Below are positions 38,221 to 48,010 of a stretch of DNA of 64,000 nucleotides, in pieces; positions within the stretch are counted from its first letter, which is position 1; each line of letters opens with the position of its first letter. The notes under the pieces were generated by a model. That model had not been told where the DNA came from. It saw nothing but the letters and a program-made list of their open reading frames with translations, and made no database searches. Position numbers and translations under genes: made by a program. Source of the stretch: Gammaproteobacteria bacterium. Its GTDB lineage: Bacteria > Pseudomonadota > Gammaproteobacteria > Ga0077536. The stretch spans positions 13,171-77,170 of the forward strand of contig JBFWUN010000003.1 in NCBI GenBank assembly GCA_050247235.1, written 5' to 3'.

Positions 38221-39321
38221 ATGGAATTCATCGACCTGAAGACGCAGTACCGCCAGCTCAAGCCGGAAATCGACCGCCGGATCCAGGCGGTGCTGGATCA
38301 CGGCGCCTACATCATGGGCCCCGAAGTCGCCGAGTGCGAAGCGGCGCTCGCGGCCTACACCGGGTCCCGGCACTGCATCACCGTCGCGAGCGGCACCGAT
38401 GCGCTGCTGATCGCGATGATGGCGCTCGGGGTCAAGGCCGGCGACGAGATCATCACCACGCCGTTCACGTTCATCGCGACCGGCGAGATGATCGCGCTGA
38501 TCGGCGCGCAGCCGGTGTTCGTCGACATCGAGCCGCGCACCTGCAATCTCGACCCCGCGCAGGTCGAAGCCGCGATCACGCCGCGCACGAAAGCCATCAT
38601 GCCGGTCAGCCTGTACGGGCAGTGTGCCGACTACGACGCGATCAATGCCATCGCGTCGAAACACGGCCTCCCGGTGATCGAGGACGCCGCGCAGAGCTTC
38701 GGCGCGACCTACAAGGGCCGCAGGTCGTGCGCGCTGACCACGATCGGCTGCACGAGCTTCTTCCCGTCCAAGCCGCTCGGCTGCTACGGCGACGGCGGGG
38801 CGTGCTTCACCGACGACGATGCGCTCGCGAAGCTGATGCGCGAAATCCGCGTGCACGGGCAGGATCGGCGCTATCACCACCCGGTGATCGGCGTGAACGG
38901 CCGGATGGACACCCTGCAATGCGCGGTGCTGCTCGCGAAGATGCCGACGTTCCCGCAGGAGGTGGCCGCGCGCGAGCGGATCGGCGCGCGCTATTCGGCG
39001 CTCGTCCGCGAGCATGCGCCGGGTGCGACCCCGCCGACCATCGAATCCCACAACACGTCGGTGTACGCGCAGTACACCGTCGAGGTGGGTGACCGCGAGG
39101 GCGTGCAGGAACGGCTGAAGGCGGCGGGGATCCCCACCGCCGTGCATTACCCGACGCCGCTGCACCTGCAGCCCGCGTTCGCGCACCTCGGGCTCGGGCG
39201 CGGGGCGTTTCCCGTCGCCGAGGCAGCCGGTGCGCGCGTGATGAGCCTGCCGATGCATCCGTTTCTTGACGAGGCGACGCAGCTGCGTGTCGTCGACAGC
39301 CTGCGTGTCGCGCTCGCTTGA
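38221..39321 (+). CDS. wbpE: DegT/DnrJ/EryC1-family PLP aminotransferase, WbpE/WlbC-like
   Basis: 366 aa. Canonical DegT family with a PLP-lysine region. Confidence 0.85.
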   Translation: MEFIDLKTQYRQLKPEIDRRIQAVLDHGAYIMGPEVAECEAALAAYTGSRHCITVASGTDALLIAMMALGVKAGDEIITTPFTFIATGEMIALIGAQPVFVDIEPRTCNLDPAQVEAAITPRTKAIMPVSLYGQCADYDAINAIASKHGLPVIEDAAQSFGATYKGRRSCALTTIGCTSFFPSKPLGCYGDGGACFTDDDALAKLMREIRVHGQDRRYHHPVIGVNGRMDTLQCAVLLAKMPTFPQEVAARERIGARYSALVREHAPGATPPTIESHNTSVYAQYTVEVGDREGVQERLKAAGIPTAVHYPTPLHLQPAFAHLGLGRGAFPVAEAAGARVMSLPMHPFLDEATQLRVVDSLRVALA

Positions 39322-39475
39322 CCACCTTGCGCATCTGCTTCACCCGTAGAGATTCGCGCGCCGTCGGAGGTGTAGTATCCGGTGCCGTGTGCGCGGACAT
39401 TCCGTCGCGCAATACGTCGACTGCGGAACGTTCGGAAGGTGAATGGTGCGTGACGGCTGGGGAAAACGCACCGCT

Positions 39476-39994
39476 ATGAAGCATCAAGCCGCGTGGACGT
39501 TGGTCCAATCCAAACCACGTCAGGAACGGGTTGCACTCGAAAACCTGCTTCGCCAGGGTTACGAGGCCTATCTGCCGCTCATTCGCACCGCGGATCGAAG
39601 TATCCCGCGCCGCACGGGCGTTTCGCCCGCGTTTCCTCGCTACCTGTTTGTGAACCTTCGGCCCGAGGTCGACGCGTTCGCGCCGATTCGATCCACGTCC
39701 GGAGTATCGTCGCTCGTGCGATTCGGCAACCAGTACGCTACCGTCGCGGACGATCTGATCCGGAATCTGAAGGCGCGCTCCGATCCTGACGGCGTCTATG
39801 ATTTGGCGCTGAAACCGCTGAAACCGCTGAAACCCGGAGACCGCGTGCGCGTGATGTCGGGGCCGCTTGCGGAGTACGAGTGCATTGTTGCGGCCCCTAG
39901 TGGTCGCGAGCGAGTGGAACTGTTGCTCCAATTCGTAGCCCGCGAAGTTAAGGTTAGCGTGCCGCTAGCGGCTGTCCGCTATATCGGTATCTGA
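39476..39994 (+). CDS. rfaH: RfaH-type NusG-paralog transcription antiterminator
   Basis: 172 aa. Aligns block by block with E. coli RfaH: WTLVQSKPRQERVALENLLRQGYEAYLPLI ~ WYLLYCKRGQLQRAQEHLERQAVNCLAPMI, PAFPRYLFVNLRPEV ~ PLFPNYLFVEFDPEV, and the KOW region PGDRVRVMSGPLAEY. Confidence 0.85.
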   Translation: MKHQAAWTLVQSKPRQERVALENLLRQGYEAYLPLIRTADRSIPRRTGVSPAFPRYLFVNLRPEVDAFAPIRSTSGVSSLVRFGNQYATVADDLIRNLKARSDPDGVYDLALKPLKPLKPGDRVRVMSGPLAEYECIVAAPSGRERVELLLQFVAREVKVSVPLAAVRYIGI

Positions 39995-40078
39995 CCGTAG
40001 ACTGCGGTTCGCGCACGTTCGCGTGCAGCAGCCGCATCTAACATAACCGCTAGCGCTGGTCTTCGACGAGACCGGTAC

Positions 40079-40090
40079 GGCGGTAGCGTG
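40079..40090 (+). promoter_or_regulatory. ops element (operon polarity suppressor), exact GGCGGTAGCGTG, in the 5' leader of the polysaccharide island operon
   Basis: Exact 12-mer match to the canonical ops sequence. Lies 85 nt downstream of rfaH and ~50 nt upstream of the first island gene. Confidence 0.7.
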
Positions 40091-40139
40091 CCCTATCGGC
40101 CGCGGCGTGGCGTCAAATTCTCAAACCGCGAAGACCTAA

Positions 40140-41057
40140 ATGGGAAGGATAGTAGTGAGCGGAGGCAGCATCCCTCGGTGCAAAGATTGTGGCGGTCAGT
40201 CGTTCATTTCCGTTACGACCTATAAGCGACTGTGGAAGATTTGTCGGGGTTGCGGCGCCGGCTTCCCGGAACAGCGGGCCAAGTACCCGTTCCGTTGGCT
40301 TTCTTTTCCGGACGTGAAGAAGCAGGACTATCTAGACGAAGCAAAAATGTATGACTACTTCACAACCGATATCCACATCAAACTTGCCATCGACGAAGCG
40401 CAGGAGTTCCATCAACGATTCATGATCGCCAAAAGGTTGGATCTAACCGGTAGAAGCTTGCTCGATATCTCCGGCGGAAATGGTCATTTCGCAAAATGGT
40501 ACGCCGACACCTTCTCCATGCCGACATCTTTTACAGAAATAAACCAGCCCGCGCTCGACTACGCACGAACGCATCATCAATTTGATGCTGTCGCCCATTA
40601 TGATCTCAATAAAGATGACCTCCGCGAAACAATGGGCCGGACTTTCGATGTTGTCATGGCAAGGGCTTGCATAATGTTTTGCGATGATCTCGTCGGTTTC
40701 GCGAACCAACTTCGTAGGGCGATCAATCCGGGTGGCTTGGTGATCGTGGATCGTTCAACCGAACCAACACTTGGCACTCTCGTCCGCGTTCAGTTAGATG
40801 AATTCAGCTATCACGTTCTCAGGCAGCCCGACGCAGTCGAGAGGGTATTTGAAGTCGCGGGCTTTCAGCTGGAAGCGCGACATGACGAAACCGATCCCAG
40901 CCTATACGTCTACGATCACGATCTACTACCCCACTGGTCTTTCTTGCACTACCTATATGAAATCATCGGCTTGCGACAGCTGCGAGGCGAACGGATTTTC
41001 CATCTTCCCGCCCGTGACCGAAGGCGAACGACATTTTTTTTCCGTGCCCCGGCGTAG
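40140..41057 (+). CDS. SAM-dependent methyltransferase with N-terminal zinc ribbon
   Basis: CKDCGG...CRGCG zinc ribbon. LLDISGGNGHFA motif I. Confidence 0.75.
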   Translation: MGRIVVSGGSIPRCKDCGGQSFISVTTYKRLWKICRGCGAGFPEQRAKYPFRWLSFPDVKKQDYLDEAKMYDYFTTDIHIKLAIDEAQEFHQRFMIAKRLDLTGRSLLDISGGNGHFAKWYADTFSMPTSFTEINQPALDYARTHHQFDAVAHYDLNKDDLRETMGRTFDVVMARACIMFCDDLVGFANQLRRAINPGGLVIVDRSTEPTLGTLVRVQLDEFSYHVLRQPDAVERVFEVAGFQLEARHDETDPSLYVYDHDLLPHWSFLHYLYEIIGLRQLRGERIFHLPARDRRRTTFFFRAPA

Positions 41058-41101
41058 CTCTCTATCGAAGTCGCCGCGTTGCGGCGAGAACAAAATACCG
41101 A

Positions 41102-41938
41102 ATGAGACCTGTGGAATGGAGAGATAAAGTGCCCGCAAATGAACTGATGCTGGATCCGGAATCTATCAACTACGACGTGTATCCTCGCGATTTTCGGGCT
41201 GTCGCGGACGGAAAGCTCGTCATCTTCGGAATTCCTAAGTGCGGCAATACGTGGGTGCAGTCGCTACTTTGCAAATACTTCGGCGTTGAACCAGTTCTGA
41301 CGATCGAAGAATTTACTAGCAGTGGAGTCCTTTCAATACACGATCCATACGAACCATACATGCGCGAACGACCGGACTTTGTCAGTGGCTTCTGTCTGAT
41401 TCGAGATATTCGAGACATGATTGTCTCCTACTTTCATTACTCGAATACGGACCAGTGGAGACACTCCATGACTCGTCATTACTACGATGACTTCGATTCT
41501 TTCTACTATGAATGGTTTATTTCTCGTTGTGTTCCGTCCCATCGCCTTCATACGTTTGCAAGCGAATTCGCTGAACGAGGAGTTCCAATCGTGCGCTACG
41601 AGCGACTAAACGCGAATCCCCGGTTCGAGTTCGCCCGGCTACTAAAGCGGCTCGGACATGAGGTCGACCACGAAAGGCTGCGTCTAGTAATAGAGGAACA
41701 CCGCTTGGAGAATCTTAAAAGAAATGGCGTTTACATCCGCTACCGCGTGGAGCAAACGCATTTCAGAAAGGGTGGGTGGGGTAACTTCCTGGACGAAATG
41801 CCTCCGCACATCTTGGCCGATGCGAACGAGCGGTTTGGTTCGTATTTGAAGCGGTGGGGATATCCTATCGAACTATCTGAAGAGAGCATAAACACATATC
41901 GCCAACAACTCGAAGACTTGGCTCGGTTGCAAGCGTAA
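41102..41938 (+). CDS. Sulfotransferase-family protein (PAPS-dependent)
   Basis: 5'-PSB-like PKCGNTW and 3'-PB-like IRDIRD motifs. 278 aa. Confidence 0.75.
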   Translation: MRPVEWRDKVPANELMLDPESINYDVYPRDFRAVADGKLVIFGIPKCGNTWVQSLLCKYFGVEPVLTIEEFTSSGVLSIHDPYEPYMRERPDFVSGFCLIRDIRDMIVSYFHYSNTDQWRHSMTRHYYDDFDSFYYEWFISRCVPSHRLHTFASEFAERGVPIVRYERLNANPRFEFARLLKRLGHEVDHERLRLVIEEHRLENLKRNGVYIRYRVEQTHFRKGGWGNFLDEMPPHILADANERFGSYLKRWGYPIELSEESINTYRQQLEDLARLQA

Positions 41939-42203
41939 TCATCCCGCGCAGTTGTTTCGTGGCCGATTCAATCGCATCTGTCTTCCGTGCGTCGGCGACG
42001 CTGCGGGCCACGACTTTCCCGGACTGCGTGGATTTACCAGCAAATGGCTCGCGGCGAAGCTCCGAAATTCGAGTTTAATATGTTAAACGCGGAAAGGCGG
42101 CAGCGCCGTTACGGCTGTGCGCTATAAGGCCCATCCTGGATTGCACGAGCGGTCTTCGCGTCGCGAAACCAATTAGACGTATTCCAACCTATCGTCGGCA
42201 CTA

Positions 42204-43073
42204 TTGCGGCGCAGGCCGTTTACGAAAGCACACCACGTTTACATGAGTAGTACAGAACCAGCAGCCAACCGAACCGATGCGCCCCAACCAGGTTTCGGTC
42301 GTATTTTGTGGGTTCAGCATAGGCTGTTTTGGCGTCTTGTCTGGCAAGATATACGCACGACTTATGCGGGCACGATGCTCGGGATCGGCTGGGTCATCTT
42401 CGGACCGCTGTTGCTGCTGCTGCTATACGCCATCATCTACGCGGTGATTTTTCGCGTACGAATCCCGAATTTCACGATCGAGGAATACATCGTCAACGTA
42501 TTTTCCGGTTTGGTGCCATTTCTCGCCTTCGCCCAGGGTCTAGGGGCCTCTACGAACGCCATTCAACGGGGCAAAGGACTGCTGTCAAATCCCGCATTCC
42601 CAGTGGACCTGGTTCCCCTGAAACCCGTGGCTGGTGCGTATGTAATTCTGCCGGTCGGTTTCGCGTTTACTTTTATCGGCGATCTGATCTTCTCCAAAGT
42701 CACATGGACCTGGTCGTTCGTTCCTTTGGTTATGCTATTTCAGATGATGCTGTCTATGGGCATCGGCTACATTCTGTCGGTTATCAGTTTGGTTGTACGT
42801 GACTTACAGTTCTTGGTTCAGTACATCGTTATCGCGTTGCTTGTAGTAACTCCTATTGCATATACACCAAACATGATTCCTCAGGGGTTAATGTCTTTAC
42901 TCTATTTGAATCCTCTTTTCTACTCGGTGTACAGCTACCAGAATCTCGTACTACTGAACACGCTGCCTCCACCGCATATCATTTGTATAGGATCAATTAC
43001 TTCGTTAACCATATTTTGGGCGGGCCGTTGCTTCTATCGCCGCACGCGGGGGGCTATTGGAGACTTTCTGTGA
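42204..43073 (+). CDS. wzm: ABC-2 type polysaccharide exporter permease (Wzm/KpsM-like)
   Basis: Six predicted TM helices, ABC-2 family. TTG start; alternative ATG at 42243. Confidence 0.85.
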   Translation: MRRRPFTKAHHVYMSSTEPAANRTDAPQPGFGRILWVQHRLFWRLVWQDIRTTYAGTMLGIGWVIFGPLLLLLLYAIIYAVIFRVRIPNFTIEEYIVNVFSGLVPFLAFAQGLGASTNAIQRGKGLLSNPAFPVDLVPLKPVAGAYVILPVGFAFTFIGDLIFSKVTWTWSFVPLVMLFQMMLSMGIGYILSVISLVVRDLQFLVQYIVIALLVVTPIAYTPNMIPQGLMSLLYLNPLFYSVYSYQNLVLLNTLPPPHIICIGSITSLTIFWAGRCFYRRTRGAIGDFL

Positions 43074-44434
43074 CCTCGGATGCAGAGGAAACGGATGGCG
43101 ACTCGGCGTATGCGGTCCGTTGCAGGGATGTTTCTAAGAGCTATCCCCTCATCGATGATGCCTTCTCCGGGCTAAGTTATTTGGTTCGATATGCTCTCGG
43201 CGAGACGAATAGCGCCGAGCGGGTCAATCATGTGAAGGCGCTACGATCAATTGACCTCGACATCAAACGTGGGGAAAGAGTGGGTCTGATTGGCCGCAAC
43301 GGTTCCGGCAAAACGACCTTTCTTAAACTGTTGAGCGGACAGTTGCCGCCTACGTCCGGCGAGTTGAGAGTCAACGGCGGCATGTATTACTTAGGAGCCG
43401 GTACGATCGGACTCGACCCCGAACTGACGGGTCGACAGGGAATTTCCGCGTTTCTCGTCGAGCGTGGAACCCCCTCAAACGCGCTACCGGAAATTCTGGA
43501 GGAATTGGAATCATTTCTCGAACTGCACGAGTACTTTGACCAGCCTATAAAGCACTATTCTCTCGGGATGCGCGCACGTACGGAATTTGCCGCAGCTACG
43601 GCGATCACCGCTGACATCATACTTGTCGACGAGATTCTTGGTGCGGGCGACATGTTCTGGGCGGAGAAGTGCTCTCGCAGAATGGAGCGGCTATGTGCGC
43701 AGGGCCGCACGATGCTCATCGTCTCTCATTCGCTGGGGCAAATACTGCGCTTCTGCGATCGCGCAGTTTGGATAGACGTTGGAAGGATTGTAATGGACGG
43801 ACCTGTGCAAACGGTGGTTCGCCGCTACGAAGCCTTTCTCGAAAATCTGAGCTGGAAAACGGCAGATTTGGACGATAAGGCGTTCGATGCCGCGAGTCTT
43901 GCGCACGAGCTTACCGACGTGCAACTTCCACGAAGTAATGTTTCCGTGATGCGGTGGCCGGCGCGAGGTGATGTCCTCATCGAGGGAATCTGGATAAACG
44001 ATTCGTCCAATACGTCCGTGACGAGCGCCGCTGGTATGCCAGTGCGCATTCGAATCGCGCTGGAATGCATCCGGGGTGGACAATATGCGTTGCGATATCT
44101 CATCACATTTTGGACCCTTAATGGGAAACGTGTAGGAATTGTTGAGAACGAAGTTGATAGGGTGGTTTTGAAGTCGACAGAGAAACACGAAGTCGAGGTT
44201 ACGATAGGCGGGGGGAATATCGGCCCTGGTATTTACGCTGTAACGGTTTCGCTTTTCCAGGTAAGCGAAGCGGGGAGCAGTGCGAACGAGTACGACGCCC
44301 GCCAAGATATGATTTACAAATCATACACGCTTCTCATCGAACATCAGGCCAGCACCAATGACTGGCGTCCGCCTGCCATTCACACTGTCTCAATTGCGAC
44401 AAAGAGTGACGCCGAGGCAGATGCGACCGTCTGA
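43070..44434 (+). CDS. wzt: ABC transporter ATP-binding protein Wzt-like, with a C-terminal extension (putative glycan-terminus-binding domain)
   Basis: GTG start overlapping the wzm stop (GTGA). Walker A GRNGSGKT, signature YSLGMRAR, Walker B IILVDE. ~200-aa C-terminal beta-rich extension. Confidence 0.85.
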   Translation: MTSDAEETDGDSAYAVRCRDVSKSYPLIDDAFSGLSYLVRYALGETNSAERVNHVKALRSIDLDIKRGERVGLIGRNGSGKTTFLKLLSGQLPPTSGELRVNGGMYYLGAGTIGLDPELTGRQGISAFLVERGTPSNALPEILEELESFLELHEYFDQPIKHYSLGMRARTEFAAATAITADIILVDEILGAGDMFWAEKCSRRMERLCAQGRTMLIVSHSLGQILRFCDRAVWIDVGRIVMDGPVQTVVRRYEAFLENLSWKTADLDDKAFDAASLAHELTDVQLPRSNVSVMRWPARGDVLIEGIWINDSSNTSVTSAAGMPVRIRIALECIRGGQYALRYLITFWTLNGKRVGIVENEVDRVVLKSTEKHEVEVTIGGGNIGPGIYAVTVSLFQVSEAGSSANEYDARQDMIYKSYTLLIEHQASTNDWRPPAIHTVSIATKSDAEADATV

Positions 44435-44595
44435 TGTGAGACTAGGATTTATAGGTCGAATCCAATTTTTGGAAGACCAAAGCGGCCCGCAACATGTCTG
44501 GCGATATCGCTACGTGTGAGACTCTCCGAATTATCGATCGGTGATGAAGTCGAGTGCGTTTCGCCGTCGCGGCGAATCGGGCAGGTAAGTGAAGC

Positions 44596-45972
44596 ATGAA
44601 GCATGCATCAGAGTCTTTTGTTATCGCATCAACACATCGAACGGTTATCGAACTTGAGTGCGTATCGAAAAGCTTCCAACTATTCGAGTCAAGTTCGACG
44701 CGTGCCTTTTCAGCACTAGCGTTCTGGCGGCAGCGGGCAAACCGAGGCATCGTCGGCGTGCGTACTGCCCTTAAGGACGTCACGTTAAAGGTTGAGTGTA
44801 GAGAGCGCGTTGGGCTGGTTGGACATAACGGGTCGGGGAAGACGACGCTACTCAATTTGATTCTGGGGTTGAGTGTTCCTACAGCCGGAATGGTCCGGGT
44901 ACGAGGCAGAGCACACGGGCTTATGTCGGTAGGATCAGGATATGACGATGGCATGACCGGAAGGAAGGTTATTCATTCTCTACTCATGCTCAACAATCTC
45001 TCGCGAAGCGAAGAGCGAGAAGCGACGAGGGACATCGAGGAATTCGTCGAGCTTGGTGAATTTCTGGATCACCCGGTGAGGACATACTCCCTAGGAATGC
45101 GGGCGCGCCTTGAGTTTGCCGTAGCGACAGCAATCGCTCCGGACGTGCTGGCGGTTGACGAGGTGCTAGGAGCAGGAGATGGATATTTTGCCCAGAAATC
45201 GGCGCGCCGCATGCGCGCGGTTGCCGGGAGATCAACATTGCTGTTGGTGTCGCATTCGATGCGACAGATCCTCGACTACTGCGAACGCGCGATCTGGCTT
45301 AACGAAGGAGTGGTGGAAGCTGACGGACCGGCTGAAGAGGTCGTTAAGGCATACGAGGAATTCATGATGCGCAAGGAAGCGGCTCAGCTGGATAGGCAGA
45401 ATTCGATCATTGAGAGGAAGGCGGACGACGTTGAAGGAACTTTGTCTCACATGGATTCCACGGTTGTCCGCTTGGCATCGCAAAGATTGGTCCCGGCACC
45501 CCGGGCTAAGGAAAAAGCCATCGGTCAGCTCATCGACGCCTGGTTTCTTCCTTCGAAGAGCAGGATTCACGTCACCGAAACGGGTGCACTGCTGACTGTC
45601 GCCGTTCGTGTTTGGATTCCAACGGTGAGTCGCGATCAGCTTGGCATAGTGCTCCTAGCGTTTGGCCCTTCGGGGCAGCTCCTCTGGGACGCCCGTGTCG
45701 AACCGCAAGTGTTCGGCTCGGGCGAGCGAACGCTGCTGCTGGAGATCGCAAAGGCGACGCCCGGGGTGGGCGATTACTTGATTACGATAGTCTTGGAAAA
45801 GCAACAGGACGAACAGTCGTTCGCGCCCGTGGACTGCCTGCATGGGGCGCTCAAACTGCGAATGATCACGACCAACTATTCTGACCCACCCGTATTCCAT
45901 TGCGCTGGAGAGTGGCGGTACGGAAGCGCCGGCGAGCGACGCGAGTCGAGTCGAGTTAGTGCGTGGGTCTGA
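44596..45972 (+). CDS. Second Wzt/TagH-like ABC ATP-binding protein with a distinct C-terminal extension
   Basis: Walker A GHNGSGKT, signature YSLGMRAR, Walker B VLAVDE. 458 aa. Confidence 0.8.
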   Translation: MKHASESFVIASTHRTVIELECVSKSFQLFESSSTRAFSALAFWRQRANRGIVGVRTALKDVTLKVECRERVGLVGHNGSGKTTLLNLILGLSVPTAGMVRVRGRAHGLMSVGSGYDDGMTGRKVIHSLLMLNNLSRSEEREATRDIEEFVELGEFLDHPVRTYSLGMRARLEFAVATAIAPDVLAVDEVLGAGDGYFAQKSARRMRAVAGRSTLLLVSHSMRQILDYCERAIWLNEGVVEADGPAEEVVKAYEEFMMRKEAAQLDRQNSIIERKADDVEGTLSHMDSTVVRLASQRLVPAPRAKEKAIGQLIDAWFLPSKSRIHVTETGALLTVAVRVWIPTVSRDQLGIVLLAFGPSGQLLWDARVEPQVFGSGERTLLLEIAKATPGVGDYLITIVLEKQQDEQSFAPVDCLHGALKLRMITTNYSDPPVFHCAGEWRYGSAGERRESSRVSAWV

Positions 45973-46007
45973 TGCGTCTCTGCGGAATCGATTGGTAGCT
46001 ATCCACC

Positions 46008-47900
46008 GTGTGCGGTTTTGTCGCGGTGTTTTCTCCAAACCGTCCGATCGAAGGGGGGGACCTAGCTTTCATGCGAGATCGCCTCTCGCATCGTGGGCCG
46101 GATGGCGCTAAGTCGTGGCAACGGCAGTATTCGCGACTTGCGGTGGGCCTTGGTCATCGACGCCTCAAGGTAGTGGACCTGCGAGATGTCGCCGACCAAC
46201 CGATGGTCAGCGCCGACGGGACGAAAGTGATCTGCTTTAATGGGGAAATCTACAATTACGTAGAACTTCGGCGCGAGCTCATGGCGAGTGGACGCAGCTT
46301 CCGTACGAGAAGCGATACCGAGGTGTTGCTCCAAGCGTACGAGGAGTGGGGCGAGAGAGCGTTGCCGCGTCTGAACGGAATGTTTGCGTTCGTTATTTGG
46401 GACGAAGCGCGGAACGAAGCAATCGTGGTCAGAGATCGCTTTGGCGAAAAGCCATTGTTTTTTGCAACTGCGAAAGACGGCGCGTTGCTTTTTGCTTCTG
46501 AGATGAAAGGGTTGTTTGCCCATCCGGCACTAAGCCCGGCTATCGACGAGTCCGTCGCCGACGAAGTTCTCGGGGGAATGCTGACTTACGGGCGCCCAGA
46601 GACATTGTTTCGCGGGGTCAGGCAGTTTCCTGCGGCCCACTTCATGCGAATAACGGGCGCGGGCGAAGCCCAGAAACCTCGCCCCTACTGGTCACCGGCA
46701 TGCGACCCCGAAAATCCCGTCGTCGTCACAAAGGAGACGCGTGAGCGTTTCTTCAGTCTCCTGCAAGGCGCGGTCCGTAACCGCCTGCGTTGCGATGTAC
46801 GCGGCACCGCCGCGCTGTCCGGGGGGCTCGATTCTTCGTCACTCGTTGCGTTGATCGCCGGCATGGAGAGTCCTGGTTTCCGCCTCGAGCAGACCATTTC
46901 GGTGCAGTTCCCGGATTCTCCCGAGGTCGACGAGAGCAACCACCAGCGAGCGGTGTCGGCATTTACGGGCATCGCCGCCGCCGCAGTTACGCCGTCGCCG
47001 AGCGACCTTATCTCCGTCTTACGGCGACTTCACTGGCACCATGAAGGGGTTGTCGGCGGGCCTTCGATGTTTGCCGAATGGTGCGTCATGCGCTGGGCGA
47101 ATCAGAACGGCTACAAGGTCATCATCGATGGTCAGGGTGCTGACGAGATCCTCGCCGGATACAAAGTCTACTGGGACGCGTATCAATTCGACACGCACAC
47201 TCGAGGCGAACAGCTCCGCCGCTTGTGGAATATCTACCATATGCGTCGGCGACTCCGCGCGCAGGCGCACAGGAATCCGGGCGCCTCCCGGCGGTTGAAT
47301 GCGCCCGTGCATCTCGATCGAGAGGCGCTGTCCGGATACTGGGAAACATGGGCGAAACCGATGGCGGCAAGTTATTCATGGCCGGGAGCGCCCCAGCTTC
47401 GCAAAGGCCATGTCTTGCGTTACGCCCTCGGTGCCCATCTCATGTCCATCTCCTTGCCTTCGAACTTGTATGCCGGTGACAGGAACGCCATGGCACACGG
47501 CGTAGAGGCGCGCTACCCGTACCTGGATTACGACCTGGTCGATTTCTGCATGAGCCTCGCTGATGATGCCTTCATCCGGCACGGATGGCAGAAGTGGTTG
47601 CTCCGCGATGCGATGAGGAATCGCCTACCGCACGCCGTGGTCTGGCGGCCGGACAAGGTCGGATACGAGGTGCCGCAGCACAGATGGATAACGGCGGAGC
47701 TGAAGGAATGGATTTTGGAGCGGGCGTTCGACGAGCGGATCCGACATTTCCGCTATTTCAACGTGGAGCGGATGAATGCCTATTGGCAGGCACATTGCGC
47801 CGGCGAGGCGGACTATTCCGGCGATCTCTGGCGGGCGGCCAGTCTGTCCGAATGCATCGACATGATCGATGCGGGCGTCTGGCGACACGGGTTGCAGTAG
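46008..47900 (+). CDS. Asparagine synthase (glutamine-hydrolysing) family amidotransferase (AsnB/WbpS-like)
   Basis: N-terminal MCGF (Ntn Cys2) followed by a PP-loop SGGLDSS. 630 aa. Confidence 0.9.
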   Translation: MCGFVAVFSPNRPIEGGDLAFMRDRLSHRGPDGAKSWQRQYSRLAVGLGHRRLKVVDLRDVADQPMVSADGTKVICFNGEIYNYVELRRELMASGRSFRTRSDTEVLLQAYEEWGERALPRLNGMFAFVIWDEARNEAIVVRDRFGEKPLFFATAKDGALLFASEMKGLFAHPALSPAIDESVADEVLGGMLTYGRPETLFRGVRQFPAAHFMRITGAGEAQKPRPYWSPACDPENPVVVTKETRERFFSLLQGAVRNRLRCDVRGTAALSGGLDSSSLVALIAGMESPGFRLEQTISVQFPDSPEVDESNHQRAVSAFTGIAAAAVTPSPSDLISVLRRLHWHHEGVVGGPSMFAEWCVMRWANQNGYKVIIDGQGADEILAGYKVYWDAYQFDTHTRGEQLRRLWNIYHMRRRLRAQAHRNPGASRRLNAPVHLDREALSGYWETWAKPMAASYSWPGAPQLRKGHVLRYALGAHLMSISLPSNLYAGDRNAMAHGVEARYPYLDYDLVDFCMSLADDAFIRHGWQKWLLRDAMRNRLPHAVVWRPDKVGYEVPQHRWITAELKEWILERAFDERIRHFRYFNVERMNAYWQAHCAGEADYSGDLWRAASLSECIDMIDAGVWRHGLQ

Positions 47901-48010
47901 CGCTGTTTAGAATCTCGATACCGGACCGTCCGCGGCGTGCAACCGGAAGATTCGCGCACGGCAAGCCGGGCGAGAGGGTTTGTTTCGACGCGCGCTAACG
48001 CGCGGAGACG

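Noticed and set aside
44442-44954. 170-aa minus-strand ORF in the wzt-wzt intergenic region and 5' end of the second wzt
   Set aside because: Antisense to a well-supported ABC ATPase gene; no motifs.
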